A stretch of DNA of 64,000 nucleotides from Chiloscyllium plagiosum (Eukaryota): NCBI RefSeq assembly GCF_004010195.1, contig NC_057749.1, forward strand, positions 8,309,451 to 8,373,450, in the 5' to 3' direction. Below, piece after piece: positions 24,071-37,415 of this stretch. Under the pieces are notes generated by a model, which saw only the letters and a list, made by a program, of their open reading frames with translations, was not told the origin of the DNA and made no database searches. Each line of letters begins with the position of its first letter. Position 1 is the first letter of the stretch. The position numbers and the translations under genes were made by a program.

Positions 24071-25032
24071 TCATTACCAACAAGGGCTGACTGGGCCAAA
24101 CAGCCAGTTTCACTGTTGAGAATCCAATGCGATTCAACACATTCATTCTACGCTTAAACTTTGCACTCCCCAAAGGACATATTGACCCTGATGCATGCAC
24201 AATGAACTGAATATGTTTTTAGCGGGGTTATCGATGTAACATGACCAGCGAGTTGACAATCCCTTGGTGCCACAGCTATAAAGAATGACCCTCATGGCAA
24301 GTCGTTGCATTTGGAAACACGGTGTTACAATAAGAGCACATTTGGCACCCGCACTTAAGAAGTTATGATATACAGAGAAATTTCTGAGCTGTGCTCCAGC
24401 AGGTCACCACAATTTAACCTGCAACTTTTCAAATCTGACACTTAATCCATGCACATAAATCATGTAGGAGTTCTATTATTTCTTAATTATCTCTTTGTAT
24501 TCAGACACATGCTCTTCCTGCTGCTCTGACTGACTCATCTGAGATTCACAGGGTCAGGCCTCTCTTTAGGCAACTGGTTTACATATATTAGAGGCCACAG
24601 AATGGTGATAGCTCAGTCAATCTTCTTTAACAGTCATACTTCCAATTGTTTGCCTCAGATGAATGGAAAAATTCCTTTGACCGCGTGCAAAGCCTATCAA
24701 AATCGTGAGTCAAGGAGAAAGGGGTTCATCGGAAAATGCTGTGGAGATTATCCAACGTACCCCAGGACGATTCATTTCAATTGCAGCTACGTAGCAAGAT
24801 CTATAGGTTTTTGTTTTATTAGTAACCTCCTCCAAGATTATATGTTGCCCTCGTCACTTTGAATTTGTTCCCTGTTTCCAAACAATTAGTTATTTCAATC
24901 TTGGCTTCATCTGTTTGGCCTAGTCTGGTTGGTTTTCCTAAAAGAGCCGGACCTCAGTGAAAGGCCTCCCTCTAAGAATGGCAGGTCCTGGAAATCAAAT
25001 CAGCATCCTGGCTGCTAACATTGCAGGGACTC

Positions 25033-25426
25033 CGGCATGGTGGCTCAGTGGTGAGCACTGCTGCCTCACAGGACCTGGGTTCGATTCCAGCATCGTGCGA
25101 CTGTCTGTGTGGAGTTTGCAGGTTCTCCCTGTGTCAGTGTGGGTTTCCTCTGGGTGCTCTGGTTTCCTCCTACTGTCTAAAGATGTGCAGGTTTGATGGA
25201 TTGGCCAGGCTAAATTGTTCGTAGTGTCCAGGGATGTGCAGGATAGGTGGATTGGCCAAATTGCCCGTAGTGTCCAGGGATGCGTAAGTTAGGTGGCCCA
25301 TGCATGGGAAATACAGTGCAGGGAGAGCGTAGGGGTATGAATCTGAGAGGGATGCTCTTCAGAGAGCCAGTATGGACATGTTGGGCCAATTGGCCTGCTT
25401 CCACACTGTAGGGATTATATGATTCT
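25033..25426 (+). mobile_element. HE1-type V-SINE with an internal duplication of about 47 nt
   Basis: A/B boxes and V-domain; aaattg..cgtagtgtccagggatg occurs twice. Confidence 0.85.
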
Positions 25427-25574
25427 AAACACTTCCTTTCACATTGAGATTAGTTTATTCCGAGTTTTTCACGACTGTGTCATTTGCAGGAAATGTGCCA
25501 CACTGCTCTGTCACCTGTGAATCTGTGAAAATGTCGAAACTGTATCAGTCTTTCAATGATTTGAGATTTAAGAC

Positions 25575-25912
25575 CATAAGGTATAGGATTAGACGTAGGC
25601 TATTCAGCCCATCAAGTTTGGTCCATTATTAGATCATAGCTGATCTCGTAATTCTCAATTCCACCTTCCTGTCTTTTCCCTATCACCTCTGATTCTCTCC
25701 TTGATTAATCCTGGCTGTTTCAGGCTTGAATATAATTAATGACCCAACCTCAACAGCCCTCTGCGGTAAATAATTCCCCAGATTCGCTGCATTCTAAAAG
25801 AAGAAATTCCTCCTCATCTCTGTCTTTAATGGGCAACACCTTATTCTGAGATTACGCCCTCTCATCTAAGACATTTCCACAAGGGGAAACAATCATTCTG
25901 CATCAATACTGT
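25575..25912 (-). mobile_element. CR1 3' fragment
   Basis: Reverse CR1 3' UTR (aagaaattcctcctcatctc, ccttattctgag). Confidence 0.7.
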
Positions 25913-26567
25913 CAAGTATGCTTTCCTTTATTGGTCAGAGCATTCAGTATAGGAGTTGGGAGGTCATGTTGCTGCTGTACAGGACAATAGTTAGGCCACT
26001 TTTGGAATATTGCGTACAATACTGGTCTCCCTCCTTTAGGAAGGATGATGTGAAACTTGAAAGGGTTCAGAAAAGGTTTACACGGATTTTGCAAGGGTTG
26101 GAGGGTTTGAACCATAGAGAGAGGCTGAATAGGCTGGGGCTGTTTTCCCTGGAGTGTCAGAGGCTGAAGGGTAACCTTACAGAGAATAAAAAATTATGAG
26201 GGACATGAAGAGGGTAAATAGACAAGGTCTTTTCCCCAGGGTGGGGAGTCCAAAACTAGAGGACATGAGTTAAGGTGAGAGGGGAAAAATGTAAAAGGGA
26301 CCTAAGGTGCAGCTTTTTCACAAAGAGGGTAGTGCATGTATGGAATGAGCTGCAAGAAGAAGTGGTGAAGGCTTGTACAACTGCAACATTTAAAAGGCAT
26401 CTGGACAGGTATATGAATAGGAAGGGTTTGGAGGGATATGGGCCGAGTGCTGGCAGGTGGGACTAGATTGGGTTGGGATATCTGGTCGGCATGGACAGGT
26501 TGGACCGCAGAGTCTGTTTCTGTGCTTTACATCTCTATGACGCTATGAGTCTATGACTGTATGACTG
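25913..26567 (+). mobile_element. CR1/HER1-like LINE 3' fragment
   Basis: LYRTIVRPLLEYCVQYWSP...LERVQKRFTRIL; tail (ctatgact)n. Confidence 0.9.
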
Positions 26568-27410
26568 TACGTTTCCTAAGAATGTTGTATGTTTCAATAT
26601 GGTGGCGTCTCATTCTTCAAAATTCCAATGTTTTCCAGTGTAGAACCGACCCACTCAATCTCTGCTCATTTCTTTGTTGGCTGCACTTTCTGGCTTGTCT
26701 TTCTTATTTAACATCTCAAAGCCCACTCTCTTTACTGCATTTTAGCTGCAGTACATATTGTTGACATACATTGCAGCAACTCACCAAGACATTTCTTCTT
26801 TTGCCACAGGGTGTGGACATCGCTGGCTAAGACAGAATTTATTACCCATCCTAAATCCCCAATCCTTGAGGTGGTGGGGGTGAACCCCTTTGCTCTACGA
26901 AGTGTAGATGCATATGGAATGCCATTAGGTAAGGTATTTCTGCTCATAAAAGGAACAAATGGGCATAGATTCAAAGTGATCAGGAAAAGAAGCAAGGATG
27001 GAGTGAGGAAGATCTTTTTTCTCACAGCGAGCACTTAGGGTCTGGATTGCACTGCCTGGAAATGTGGTAGAGGTGGGTTCAACTGAGGCATTGAAGAGGG
27101 TACTGGGTGATTATTTGGATAGAAACAGTGCGAATGAGAAAAGGTAGGAGGTTGGAACTGGGTGATGATGCTCATTTGATGAGCTAGTACAGGCACAATG
27201 GGACAAATAGCCTCCTTCTGTATTCTGGCACTCTGTACTTCCATAAATCCTGGTCAGAACAGAAAACCCTGTACCTTCACCATGCTATTCATCAAAACTC
27301 ATTGACTAACCTTATAGCAGAAGCATTATCACCACAAGTGCCAAAGCAGTTCAAGCAGATGGATCACTGTATCCTTGTTTCAATTGAGATTTAGACAATA
27401 CTTAGGGGTT

Positions 27411-27538
27411 AAAACTAACGAGGTAAAAACAATGACTGCAGATGCTGGAAACCAGATTCTGGATCAGTGGTGCTGGAAGAGCACAGCAATTCAGGCAGCA
27501 TCCGACGAGCAGCAAAATCAACGTTTCGGGCAAAAGCC
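27411..27538 (-). mobile_element. Penelope-derived 3' terminus with a 12-bp TSD
   Basis: tacttaggggtt at 27399-27410 and 27539-27550. Similar to the end of the GIY-YIG-bearing element at 39530-39620; truncated inside the hammerhead-like stem II. Confidence 0.75.
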
Positions 27539-28021
27539 TACTTAGGGGTTGCTTTGTCACTGACCTCCACATCTTGTGATCAAGTGATAATTCCACCATT
27601 TCAACCACAAGTAACTAGATCGGGGAATCACTAGATAATTGACACTGAATTACTACAATGCTGCTGAGGTGGATATAGTTAAGTGCATTAAGATCACCAA
27701 CAATCTGTACTGGTCTTCCCATGTTGACGCAATGGTTAAGAAAGCACAATAACGCCTTTATCAGGCACAGACACCATTATCCTTCTCACCGCCCTTCTCA
27801 GTCCAGGGCACTCTGGTCACCACCATATGCCAAGCAGTGACCAGAGTGCAAAGAACAAACAATAGGGCAGCACAGGAATTGGCATTTTGTCCTCACTATC
27901 AGCAGATCTCCCAATCCTTGTATCATCCACAACTTACTACATTCTCCTCCAGATCATTGATATACATTACAAACAACAGAGGTCTCAGCATTGATCCCTG
28001 CAGAACGTTACAGCTCACAGT

Positions 28022-28719
28022 ATCGGTATCAATGGTCAAGAAAGCACACCAACTCCTCTACTTCCTCAGAAGGCTAAGGAGATTTGGCATGTTCACAGAT
28101 ACCCTTACCAATTTTTGTAGATGCATCATAGAAAGCATCCTTTCTGGATACATTACGGTGTGGAATGGCAACTGCTCATCCCAAGACCACAATAAATTAC
28201 AGAGAGTTGTGAACGCAGTCCAGTCCATCAGGAAAAGCAGCCTTCCATTCATTGACTCCTTCTATCCCGCTGCCTTGGAAAAACAGCCAACATAATCAAA
28301 GACCCTCCTACCCCGCTTATACTCTCTTCTATCACATGGAAGGTACAAAAGTTTGAAAACAGGTACCAACAGATTCAAGAACAGCTTCTTCCCCACTGTT
28401 ATCAGACTTATGAATGGACAACTCACATATTAGAGTTGATACAGTTTCTCTGCACCTTCTCTGTAGCTGTAACACTATATGCTGCATTCTGTTCTTGATG
28501 AAGAGCTTATGCTCAAAACGTCGATTCTCCTGCTCTTCAGATGCTGCCTTACCAGCTGTACTTTTCCAACACCACACTCTTCGACTCTGATCTTCAGCAT
28601 CTGCAGTCCTCACTTTTTCCTCCATTCTGTTCTATTACCCTGATGTACTTATGATTTATCTGGCTAGCACGCAACACAATGCTTTTCATTGTATCTTGGT
28701 ATAATAAATCAAATCAAAT
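28022..28719 (+). mobile_element. Rex1/Babar LINE 3' fragment inserted in a CR1; contains a Penelope tail at about 28490-28625
   Basis: KKAHQLLYFLRRLRRFGM..TLTNFCRCIIESILSG..VWNGNCS.QD..KLQRVV; tail (aaatc)n. Confidence 0.85.
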
Positions 28720-31396
28720 CTCCAAACAGAAAAACACCCTCTCACCACTCCTCTCTGACTAAGCCAGTTCTGAATTCAACTGTATCCAACTTACCTGCTC
28801 ACTGTGGATTCCCTATGATCCCTTTTGTATCAACCTGCCATGTGTAACCTTGTCGAATGTCCATATAGACATCATCTACCATTATCAATCATCATCTTTG
28901 TCACTTCCTGAAAAAGCTCAATCAAGTTGGTGAAATATGACCTTCCCCACACAAAACAATGCTGCCTATCACTAATAAGTCCATATTTTCCCAAATGCAA
29001 ATAAATTCTATCCCAATCTTGTCCAATAACTTCCCTACTACTGTTGTAAGGTTCACCGGCCTGTAATTTCCCAGATTAAACCTGTCACCCTAATTAAACA
29101 AAGGAGCAATGTTGGCTATTCTCCAACCCCCTGGAATCTCTCCTGTGACTAAATAGGATACAAACATTTTGTATAAGGTGCCAGCAATTACCTCACCTGC
29201 TTCCCTCAGCATTCTGGGATAGATCAAATCAGGTACTGAAGACTCGTCTACCAGGAATACCCAGCAATAAATTTCCAAAATACCCAGTACCACCCTCTTT
29301 GTTATGTTAGCATGTTCCAGGATATCAAAATACTCCTCCCCGAGAGTCACTGTCCACCATGTCCTTCTCCTGTGTGAATATCAACGCAAAATATTTGCCA
29401 AGGACTCCACCCACAGCCTTTGGCTCCAACACATAAATATTGTGATAATTACCCTTCTTCCAATTTAATACTTTCACCTGAAGACTACACTTATACTTAT
29501 CCAAAAATAGCTTAAAATTTACAGAATTATGGTCAAGTATTTAAATGTAATATCTTCCTATTCCTAGCCTCACTGGCCCGTGACACAGGAAGTAATCATG
29601 AGATTGCAACCTTCAAGGTCCTGCTTTTCAACTTCTTGCCAAACTCTCTTTTCAGTGCCTCATCTCTCTATCTGCTGATATCATTGATACCAACATGGAT
29701 CATGACTACCCTCACCCTTCAGAATATCCTGTACCTCAGTGACATCTTTGACCTTGCCACCAAGGAGGCAACATACCATCCTAGAGTCTTGTTTGTGGTC
29801 ACAGAAAGGTCAATATGTGCCCCTAACTCTCAACTGTCCTCCCAATATTGCCCACTTCGAGCCTCCCGGCTGTACAACAGTCGTGCCACTGGTCTAGCTG
29901 TTGCTGTTGCTTTCCCCTGAGAGGCCATTCCCTCCGAACAGTATCTGAAACAGTAATACCTGTGTGATAGAGGAATGGCCACAGGGGATTCCTGCACTGC
30001 CTGCCCTGTTTACTCACCTCTTCTCTGTCTGTGATGCCCTTACTGGCGGTGTGACCAATACGCTAAATTGCTATCTGCAACATTCTCAGTCTCATGGACG
30101 CTCCATAGTGAATCCTTCCACTGCTCCCGGCGCTCCATGTGGTAAATCAGAAGCTGCAGCTGAGCACACTTCCTGCATTTGGACTCACCATGGAGACTGG
30201 AAATGGCTCTGATTTCCCACAGATTTCCCACAGATTACAGGAAGAGTATTCCACGGAGACAAGCTCTCCTGCCGTTGTGAACTTTATCGACTAAATCAAC
30301 CTTAGCAGTGACAGATAATAATCCAGAAATCAATTAAACACCCTTACCCACTACTTACCAAACTCAGGACTCTCATTCCCACTCCTCAGGGATTTACCCC
30401 CCTATTCACCCCCAGGTTCACTCTGACTGACCCCGCTCCTCAGGGATTTACCCTCCTGTTCACTCCCAGGTTCACTCTGACTGACCCCGCTCCTCAGGGA
30501 TTTATCCCCCTGTTCCCCCCTCCGTTCAGTCTGACTGACCCCACTCCTCAGGTATTTATCCCCCTGTTCTCCCCTCGGCTCAGTCTGACTGACCCCACTC
30601 CTCAGGGATTTATCCCCCTGTTCCCCCCTCGGTTCAGTCTGACTGACCCCACTCCTCAGGGATTTATCCCTCTGTTCTCCCCTCGGTTCAGTCTGACTGA
30701 CCCCACTCCTCAGGGATTTATCCCTCTGTTCTCCCCTCGGCTCAGTCTGACTGACCCCACTCCTCAGGTATTTATCCCCCTGTTCTCCCCTCGGCTCAGT
30801 CTGACTGACCCCGCTCCTCAGGGATTTATCCCCCTGTTCCCCCCTCGGTTCAGTCTGACTGACCCCCTCCTCAGGGATTTATTCCCCCTGTTCACCCCTG
30901 GGTTCAGTCTGACCCCACTCCTCAGGGACTTATCTCTCTGTCCATCCCTCAGTTCACTCTGACCAACCCCACTCCTCAGGGAATTATCCCTCTGTCCATC
31001 CCCAGATTCACTCTGACCCCACTCCTCAGGTATTTATCCCCCTGTTCCCCCCTCGGCTCAGTCTGACTGACCCCGCTCCTCAGGGATTTATCCCCCTGTT
31101 CCCCCCTCGGTTCAGTCTGACTGACCCCGCTCCACAGGGGTTTATCCCCCTGTTCCCTCCTTCGGTTCAGTCTGACTGACCCCGCTCCTCAGGGATTTAT
31201 CCCCCTGTTCTCCCCTTCGGTTCAGTCTGACTGACCCCGCTCCTCAGGGATTTATCCCCCTGATCTCCCCTCGGATCAGTCTGACTGACCCCGCTCCTCA
31301 GGGATTTATGCTGCTGCTGCACACCCCTAGGTTGGCCCTGTTGCTGTTGCTCTCTCTGTTCGACTGACGTCCGTCCAGGCCCCGCTAAATTTCAAG
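28720..31396 (-). mobile_element. Internally deleted CR1 LINE with ORF2 pieces, ORF1 remnant and 5' UTR
   Basis: ORF2: PDLIYPRMLREA..IAG.L...GEIPGGWRIANIAPLF. ORF1: WEIR...CRKCAQLQLL...MER.EQ..DSL. The minisatellite lies upstream of ORF1; the 5' boundary is approximate. Confidence 0.75.
30379..31309. repeat. 54-bp minisatellite, about 17.3 units
   Basis: Unit cc(a/g)ctcctcagggatttatccccctgttcccccctcggttcagtctgactgacc, with starts at 30379, 30433, 30487, 30541 and so on. Confidence 0.97.
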
Positions 31397-33265
31397 AGGT
31401 GTGACCACCAAGTGCAAGTACTTCCTTTTTTATTGTTGAGTGTAGAATCTTCTTCAACAGACCACACTGCACTTACTGAGCAATCAGGGGAACTCAGCTT
31501 GTCATCTCTTTGGCCATCACTAAGTTGCTGAAGCAAGCAGTTACCTGCAGACTCTCTTGCAGTGACGCCTGGTACAGTGGACACATCATCTCCAGTGGCG
31601 GTGATTCAACTGCAGTCACTATATAAATGCAGATTCTTTCTCCCCAGAGTTTGAACACATACTGACAACAACTGCAACGAAAGGACACATACAGTGCCAA
31701 ATAGCAGGTTAAAGCCAGCCCCGTATTTAATGCAACACAAAACTCTTGTGTACATAATCAGAGAAGCAACAAAACAACAGCAGTTCTGACTTTAGACTGA
31801 GGCTCAAACGCCGCCTTATTGCAACCTCACTCAGCATTCAAATGACGTACAGCACAGGATAACGCAAAGAGCAGAGCAAGAAAATAAATATAAATGTCTC
31901 GATAAGTGATAAAGTGGGTGAGAGGAAGTGGTAGCCTCCTCCCAGAGCGAGGCTACCAAGTGAACACATTGCTCTGATTTAATCCCCACAAGGAAGGGTC
32001 AGGTAGGTTTACAGAGCTGCAATGTTGTTGTATAGAATGGACCAACATTTACGCATTAACTTGCAGGTCACTGCCCTTCACTTGTTCTGGATTCACAGGT
32101 TCAAAAACACTTAGGCAAAGTGCGAAAACTCGACACAATGCGTGCTGGTAACTCATGGCCGGCTGAGCAAGGCTGACCAAGAAAAATTACATCGAGTTCA
32201 AATGACTGATTTATGAAATGAAAGGATTGTGGATTGTTGACTTGAAAGCCTGCAGCAGCCGAGAGAGACTATCACAGAATCACTGAAGGGTTACAGTGCA
32301 GAAGGAGGCCATTTGGTCCATTACGTCTGCACTGGACCTTCAAATGTCAGAGGAAGTGGTAGATGCAGGTACAGTTACAATCTTTAAAAGATATTTGGAT
32401 AAGTTCCTGAGTAGGAAAGGTTGGAGGGATATGGACCAAGCGCAGGTAGTGGGACTAGTTTAGTTTGGAATGATGGTCAGCATGGACTGGTTGGACTGAA
32501 GGGTCTGTTTCCGTGCTGTGTGATTCAATGAGACTATTTGGCAAATCATGCCTGTGCTGTCCCCATGAAAGTCCTTTAGATGTCATCCTTCCCCACTCAG
32601 CTCTTTTCCCCCAAGTTTCTAAAAAACGTTTTGTCAAGTGCTTATCCAACTCCCTCTTCAAAATTGCTAAGGAATCTGCTTCTAGATTCAGTCATAAAAA
32701 ATAATCCCCTCATCTCTGATTGTCCTATTAGTTATCCTTAATCTGGCTATGGATCCTTGTGCTAGTCGGACTATGCTCTCCCTATTTACTCTATTAAAAA
32801 ACCCTTCAAGTGCCAGTGTTGGACTAGGGTGGACCAGGTGAAAAGTGAACCTGTTGAAGGGGTTGTGCTCTGAAAGCTTGTGATTTCAAATAAATCTGTT
32901 GGACTATAACCTGGTGTCGTTTGACTTTTGACCTTCAAAGGTTGGAATGCTCTCTATTACATCTTGCAAATGCAAGGCGAAACAATATGTTTTTCACATA
33001 GCGAGTAGTTAAAATGCACTGGCTGGAAGTGTAGTGGATGCAGGTTCAACCGAGGCTTTCAAGAGGGAATGGGAAGGTGGTTTAAATTGAAATAATTGCA
33101 GGGTTACAGGGAAAAGGCAAGAGAGAGCCACAACTGACCTTGATCTGTGGCTCTACGATTTCCTCTGAACCTGTTAATCTCTTAGAAGCACAATCTCAGC
33201 TTCCCTATTCTCTCCATATAACTGCATCCCTAAAGATCTCCCCTGCTTATTGCTTGATGCAGTGC

Positions 33266-33834
33266 TGTTACAACACGGGGTAAACCCTGCTGCTTAATTT
33301 AAAACAGCAGCACAGAAACAATTTATCCCATGCAATAATCTGTGAAAATTGGAGAAGCCAAGAACTATTTAAAGTGAAAATCAACAACTTATCTCAAAAC
33401 CAAGCAGCTTTCAATTTTCTCTGTATTCCTGTTTCTTTTCTCCTTCTTGGGGATTCTGCTTCAACAGGTTAATGATAGATAAAGGTATCTTCAAGAGAGC
33501 TATTTTTCTAGGCAATGCGCAGATGTCTTGGCTTGGCAGTTCTCCTCTTGACTGTTCAATTTTCCCCAGTCTTAAACCCCCAAAGCATCAGAATGTGTCA
33601 TTGGCTTTTAAGATCATCAATATATTCAATTCAAACTTGATTGGAATTTGGTATTTTCGGGTATAATTTAAACTGATTGGTCAAATTCAAATTTGCTTTT
33701 TGACTCATAGCAACTCAGCCCGTGTTATCTGTTCTGAACCAAATGTTACATTATTTCTTACTTAGAACATTTGGTGCTGTCACTGCTAGCTTTTAGCTCT
33801 CTTAAAGGTATGGTACACCCACATCTTCATAACA
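33266..33834. mobile_element. Probable solo LTR
   Basis: Inverted termini TGTTA...TAACA, 569 bp, interrupting a decayed CR1-like segment. TSD is not clean (gtgc/gagt). Confidence 0.45.
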
Positions 33835-34732
33835 GAGTCTAGGCACAATATACCAGCTGCAGTCTTACTAGTGATTTATAAATATTTAGGATAGTTTCCT
33901 AGCTTTTATATTCCATACTTCCATTTATACACTCATTTGACAGAATATTCCAAGCTCTTGACGTCTACGAACCAGAAAAGGACAAGGACATCAGATACAT
34001 GGGAACATCACCACCTGCAAGTGTCCCTTCAAATCGCACTCCATCTGACTTGGAAATGTATCACCATTCCTTCAGTGTCACTGGGTCAAAATAGAACATA
34101 AAACATAGAACATAGAACCATACAACACAGGAACTGGCCCCTCAGCCAACCGTGGTGTGCCAAACGTGGTGCCAACTAAACTAATCCTTTCTGCCTGCTT
34201 TTGGTCCATATCCCTCTATTCTTTGCATATTCATGTGCTTATCTAAAAGCCCGTCTCCTATCTGCCTCCACTACCACCCCTGACAACATGTCCCAGACTC
34301 CTACTGCTCTCTGTGTATAAGATTTGCCCCTCACATCTCCTTTGAACTTTCCCTCTCTGACCTTAAAAATATGACCCTGTAACTCCCTTCCGAACAGCAT
34401 TATGCATCTACCTACTGCACATGGACTGCCGAGGTTCAAGGAGACTGTTCACCAACACCTTCTTGAGGGCAACTAGGGGCAGGCAATAAAAATAATGCAC
34501 ATCCAGCAGCATCCACATCCCCATGAATGAATAGATTAAAAACTACCCTCCAGGGGCTGCAGAGGTTCAAGAAGACAGATGGCCATCACCTTCCATGGAG
34601 CAATTAGGGATTAGCAATAAATATTGGCCCAGCCAGTGGTGCACACATCTCGTTAGTCACTTTAAAAATCCAACAATATTGTCATCTTTAAAAGCCCTAT
34701 CAACATGTCCCACCATCTCTAAAGATTTATGT

Positions 34733-34953
34733 ACAGGGCTCCCCAATTTATAAATGTCCGACATACAAACACTCATTCTTATGGACATGATTTCATACTG
34801 GAGTGTAATTTGAAAGACCCACCATATGACCATTTATCATACTTGAGAATAGCTGCTCTACATTGTCCTTCATTGTGTTCCTACTTGATTACAAATTGAC
34901 TTACAAATGGACTTTAGAATAGAGCCCGTTCACAACCCAAAGGCTACGTCTAT
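34733..34953. mobile_element. Possible Tigger/Tc1-mariner-type MITE remnant
   Basis: Left end tacagggctcccc..; right end gacttacaaatgg...cccgttcacaaccc..ggctacgtcta resembles decayed Tigger termini. Confidence 0.35.
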
Positions 34954-35333
34954 GTGTAACTCTCTGTCTTTTTTTTCCTGTGCCATTTTAAATGCTTAAT
35001 ATGAAGTGCAGAATATATCATTTATCCCCATTCTTCATTACAAAACATAAAACTTCATCCTTCTCTGCATTAAACTGCATCTGTCATGTGTGTGACTATC
35101 TGACCCCTCCCACTGTTTACCACATTGCCGAATCTAGTACATCTGTGTACTCTGAAGTTATCCCTTAGAACGAGAGGTCATCCTTTTAGAATACAGGGTA
35201 GCAGGTTTAAAATAGAAATGAGGAGAAATTACTTCTCTCCAAAGGTCATGAATCTGTGGAACGCATTATCCCAGAGTATGGTGGATGCTGAGATGTGAAG
35301 TAATTTTAAGGAGGCGATAGACAGATTCTTAAT

Positions 35334-35636
35334 TTTAGATTAGATTACTTACAGTGTGGAAACAGGCCCTTCAGCCCAACAAGTCCACACCAACCCTCCG
35401 AAGAGCAGCTGACCCAGACCCATTCTCCTACAGTTACCCCTTCACCTAACACTACAGGCAATTTAGCACAGCCAATTCACCTAACCTGCACATTTTTGGA
35501 CTGTGGGAGGAAGCTGGAGCACCCAGAGGAAACCCACGCAGATATGAGGAGAATGTGCAAGCTCCACACAGACAGTTGCCTGAGGCGGGAATTGAACCCG
35601 GGTCTCTGGCATTGTGAGGCAGCAGTGCTAACCACT
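35334..35636 (-). mobile_element. HE1-type V-SINE nested in a CR1 3' end (about 35170-35720, plus)
   Basis: V-domain; tail ttagattagatt. Confidence 0.85.
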
Positions 35637-35750
35637 TTAAAGGGTGATGGAGCGGGAGAAGGAAAGTGTAGAGTTGAGGCTGAGATGAGATCAGCCATGA
35701 TCTTGTTGAATGTCATGATATGCAACTGCCGGTGTTGAAGTGGGGTAGAC

Positions 35751-36009
35751 AAAGTCAGAAGTCACATGACACCAGGTTATCGTCCAACAGGTTTATTTGA
35801 AATCACAAGCTTTTGGAGCGCTGCTCCTTCATCAGGTGAAGTGAAGAGATGACACACCATTTGTATGATAATTTGATGTCTCTGATTATAAATTCTGTGC
35901 CTGTGTGTCTTCACTTCACTTTACCTGACAAAGGGGCAGCGCTCCAAAAGCTTGTGATTTCAAATAAATCTGTTGGACTATAACCAGGTGTCATGTGACT
36001 TCTGACTTT
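35751..36009. mobile_element. Fold-back pair of Penelope-type termini with hammerhead-like cores
   Basis: Arms about 35751-35855 and 35903-36009 are reverse complements. Minus strand tcacCTGATGAaggagcagcgctccaaaagcttgtga. Confidence 0.7.
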
Positions 36010-36074
36010 CTTGAATAACAGAGCAGGATAGAAGGGTTCAATTGCCTGTTCCTAGCTCTTATGTTCTTATATAT

Positions 36075-37415
36075 CCAGGTCAGCAGATGGAATATAACAT
36101 GGGAAAATGTGAAGTAATACACTTTGGTAGGAAGAATAGAGGAGTTGAATATTGTTTAAATGGAGAAGGACTACAGAAAGTTGTAGCACTGAGAATCTGG
36201 GAGTGCATAAAAGTTAGCATCCAGGTTCAGCAGGTAACAGTGAAGTCAAGTAGAATGTTGTCCTTTATTTCAAAGGGAGTGGAATGTAAAAGTAAGAAGG
36301 TCTTGTTAATTACGCAAGGCACTAGTCAGAAACAAAAGCAGAAGTGGCTGGAAAATCTCAGCAGGTCTGGCAGCATCTGTGAAGAGAAATCAAAGTTAAT
36401 GTTTCGAGTCCAGTGACCCTTCTTCAGAACTAGCCAGAACACAGCTGGAATACTGTGAACAGTTTATCTTTATCAAAGCAAAGGTGTGATGACATTGAAG
36501 GCTGTCCAGAGAAGGTTCATCAGGCTGTTACCAGGTATGAGGGGACTGTCTTGTAGGGGGAGAAGTTGAGTCTATACTTATTGGAGTTTCAAAGAATGAC
36601 AGGTGATGTTATTGAAACATACAAGATTCTTACAGAACTTAACAAGTTAGATCCAGAGCTGTTGTTTCTCCTTGTGGGAGAGTCTAGGACCAGAGGGCAT
36701 CATCTCAGAATAAGGGGTTGCACACATAAGACAGAGATAAGGAGGAAGTTTTCCTCTTAAGAGATCTTGGAGTGCAGGTTCATAGCTCCTTGAAAGTGGA
36801 GTCGCAGGTAGATAGGATAGCGAAGAAGGCGTTTGGTATGCTTTCTTATATCAGTCAGAGTATTGAGTACAGGAGTTGGGAGGTCATGTTGCGGCTGTAA
36901 AGGACATTGGTTAGGCCACTGTTGGAATATTGCGTGCAATTTTGGTCTCCTTCCTTTTGGAAAGATGTTGTGAAACCTGAAAGGGTTCAGAAAAGATTTA
37001 CAAGGATCTTGCCACGGTTGGAGGGTTTGAGCTATAGGGAGAGGCTGAACAGGCTGGATCTGTTTTCCCTGGAGCATCGGAGGCTGAGGGGTGACCTTAT
37101 AGAGATTGGGTTGTGATATCTGGTCGGCATGGACGGGTTGGACCGAAGGGTCTGTTTCCGTGCTGTATATCTCTATGACTGAATGACTGTCAGAAGATAA
37201 CGAAATTCTTTACTGCAAAAGGCCATCAAGGTGGTTTTATTAAGTGCATTTGAAGCTCTGAGATAGGCAGGTTTTTAATCAGGAAGGGAATAAAGACTTA
37301 TAGGGAAAAGGAAGTGGAATCAAGAATTGGCAGATCAGACACAATCTTTTACAATGGCACAACAGACTGGATGGCCTGAATGGCCTACATCTGCTCCTTC
37401 ATCTTATGGTCTTAT
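36075..37415 (+). mobile_element. CR1 3' region interrupted by a Penelope tail (36332-36428) and by a second CR1 (about 36760-37185)
   Basis: QMEYNMGKCEVIHFGRKN; VRPLLEYCVQFWSP; 11-bp near-TSD actagtcagaa/actagccagaa. Confidence 0.8.

Noticed and set aside
25033..25100. tRNA-like A and B boxes here and at other SINE heads
   Set aside because: These are tRNA-derived SINE promoters followed by the V-domain, not cloverleaf tRNA genes.
30379..31309. CRISPR-like look of the regular 54-bp array
   Set aside because: Units are contiguous with no unique spacers, there are no cas genes, and the context is vertebrate repeat DNA.
31546..31612. Possible minus-strand exon (ESPPLEMMCPLYQASLQESLQ)
   Set aside because: Weak polypyrimidine tract, unrecognised peptide and no partner exons found.
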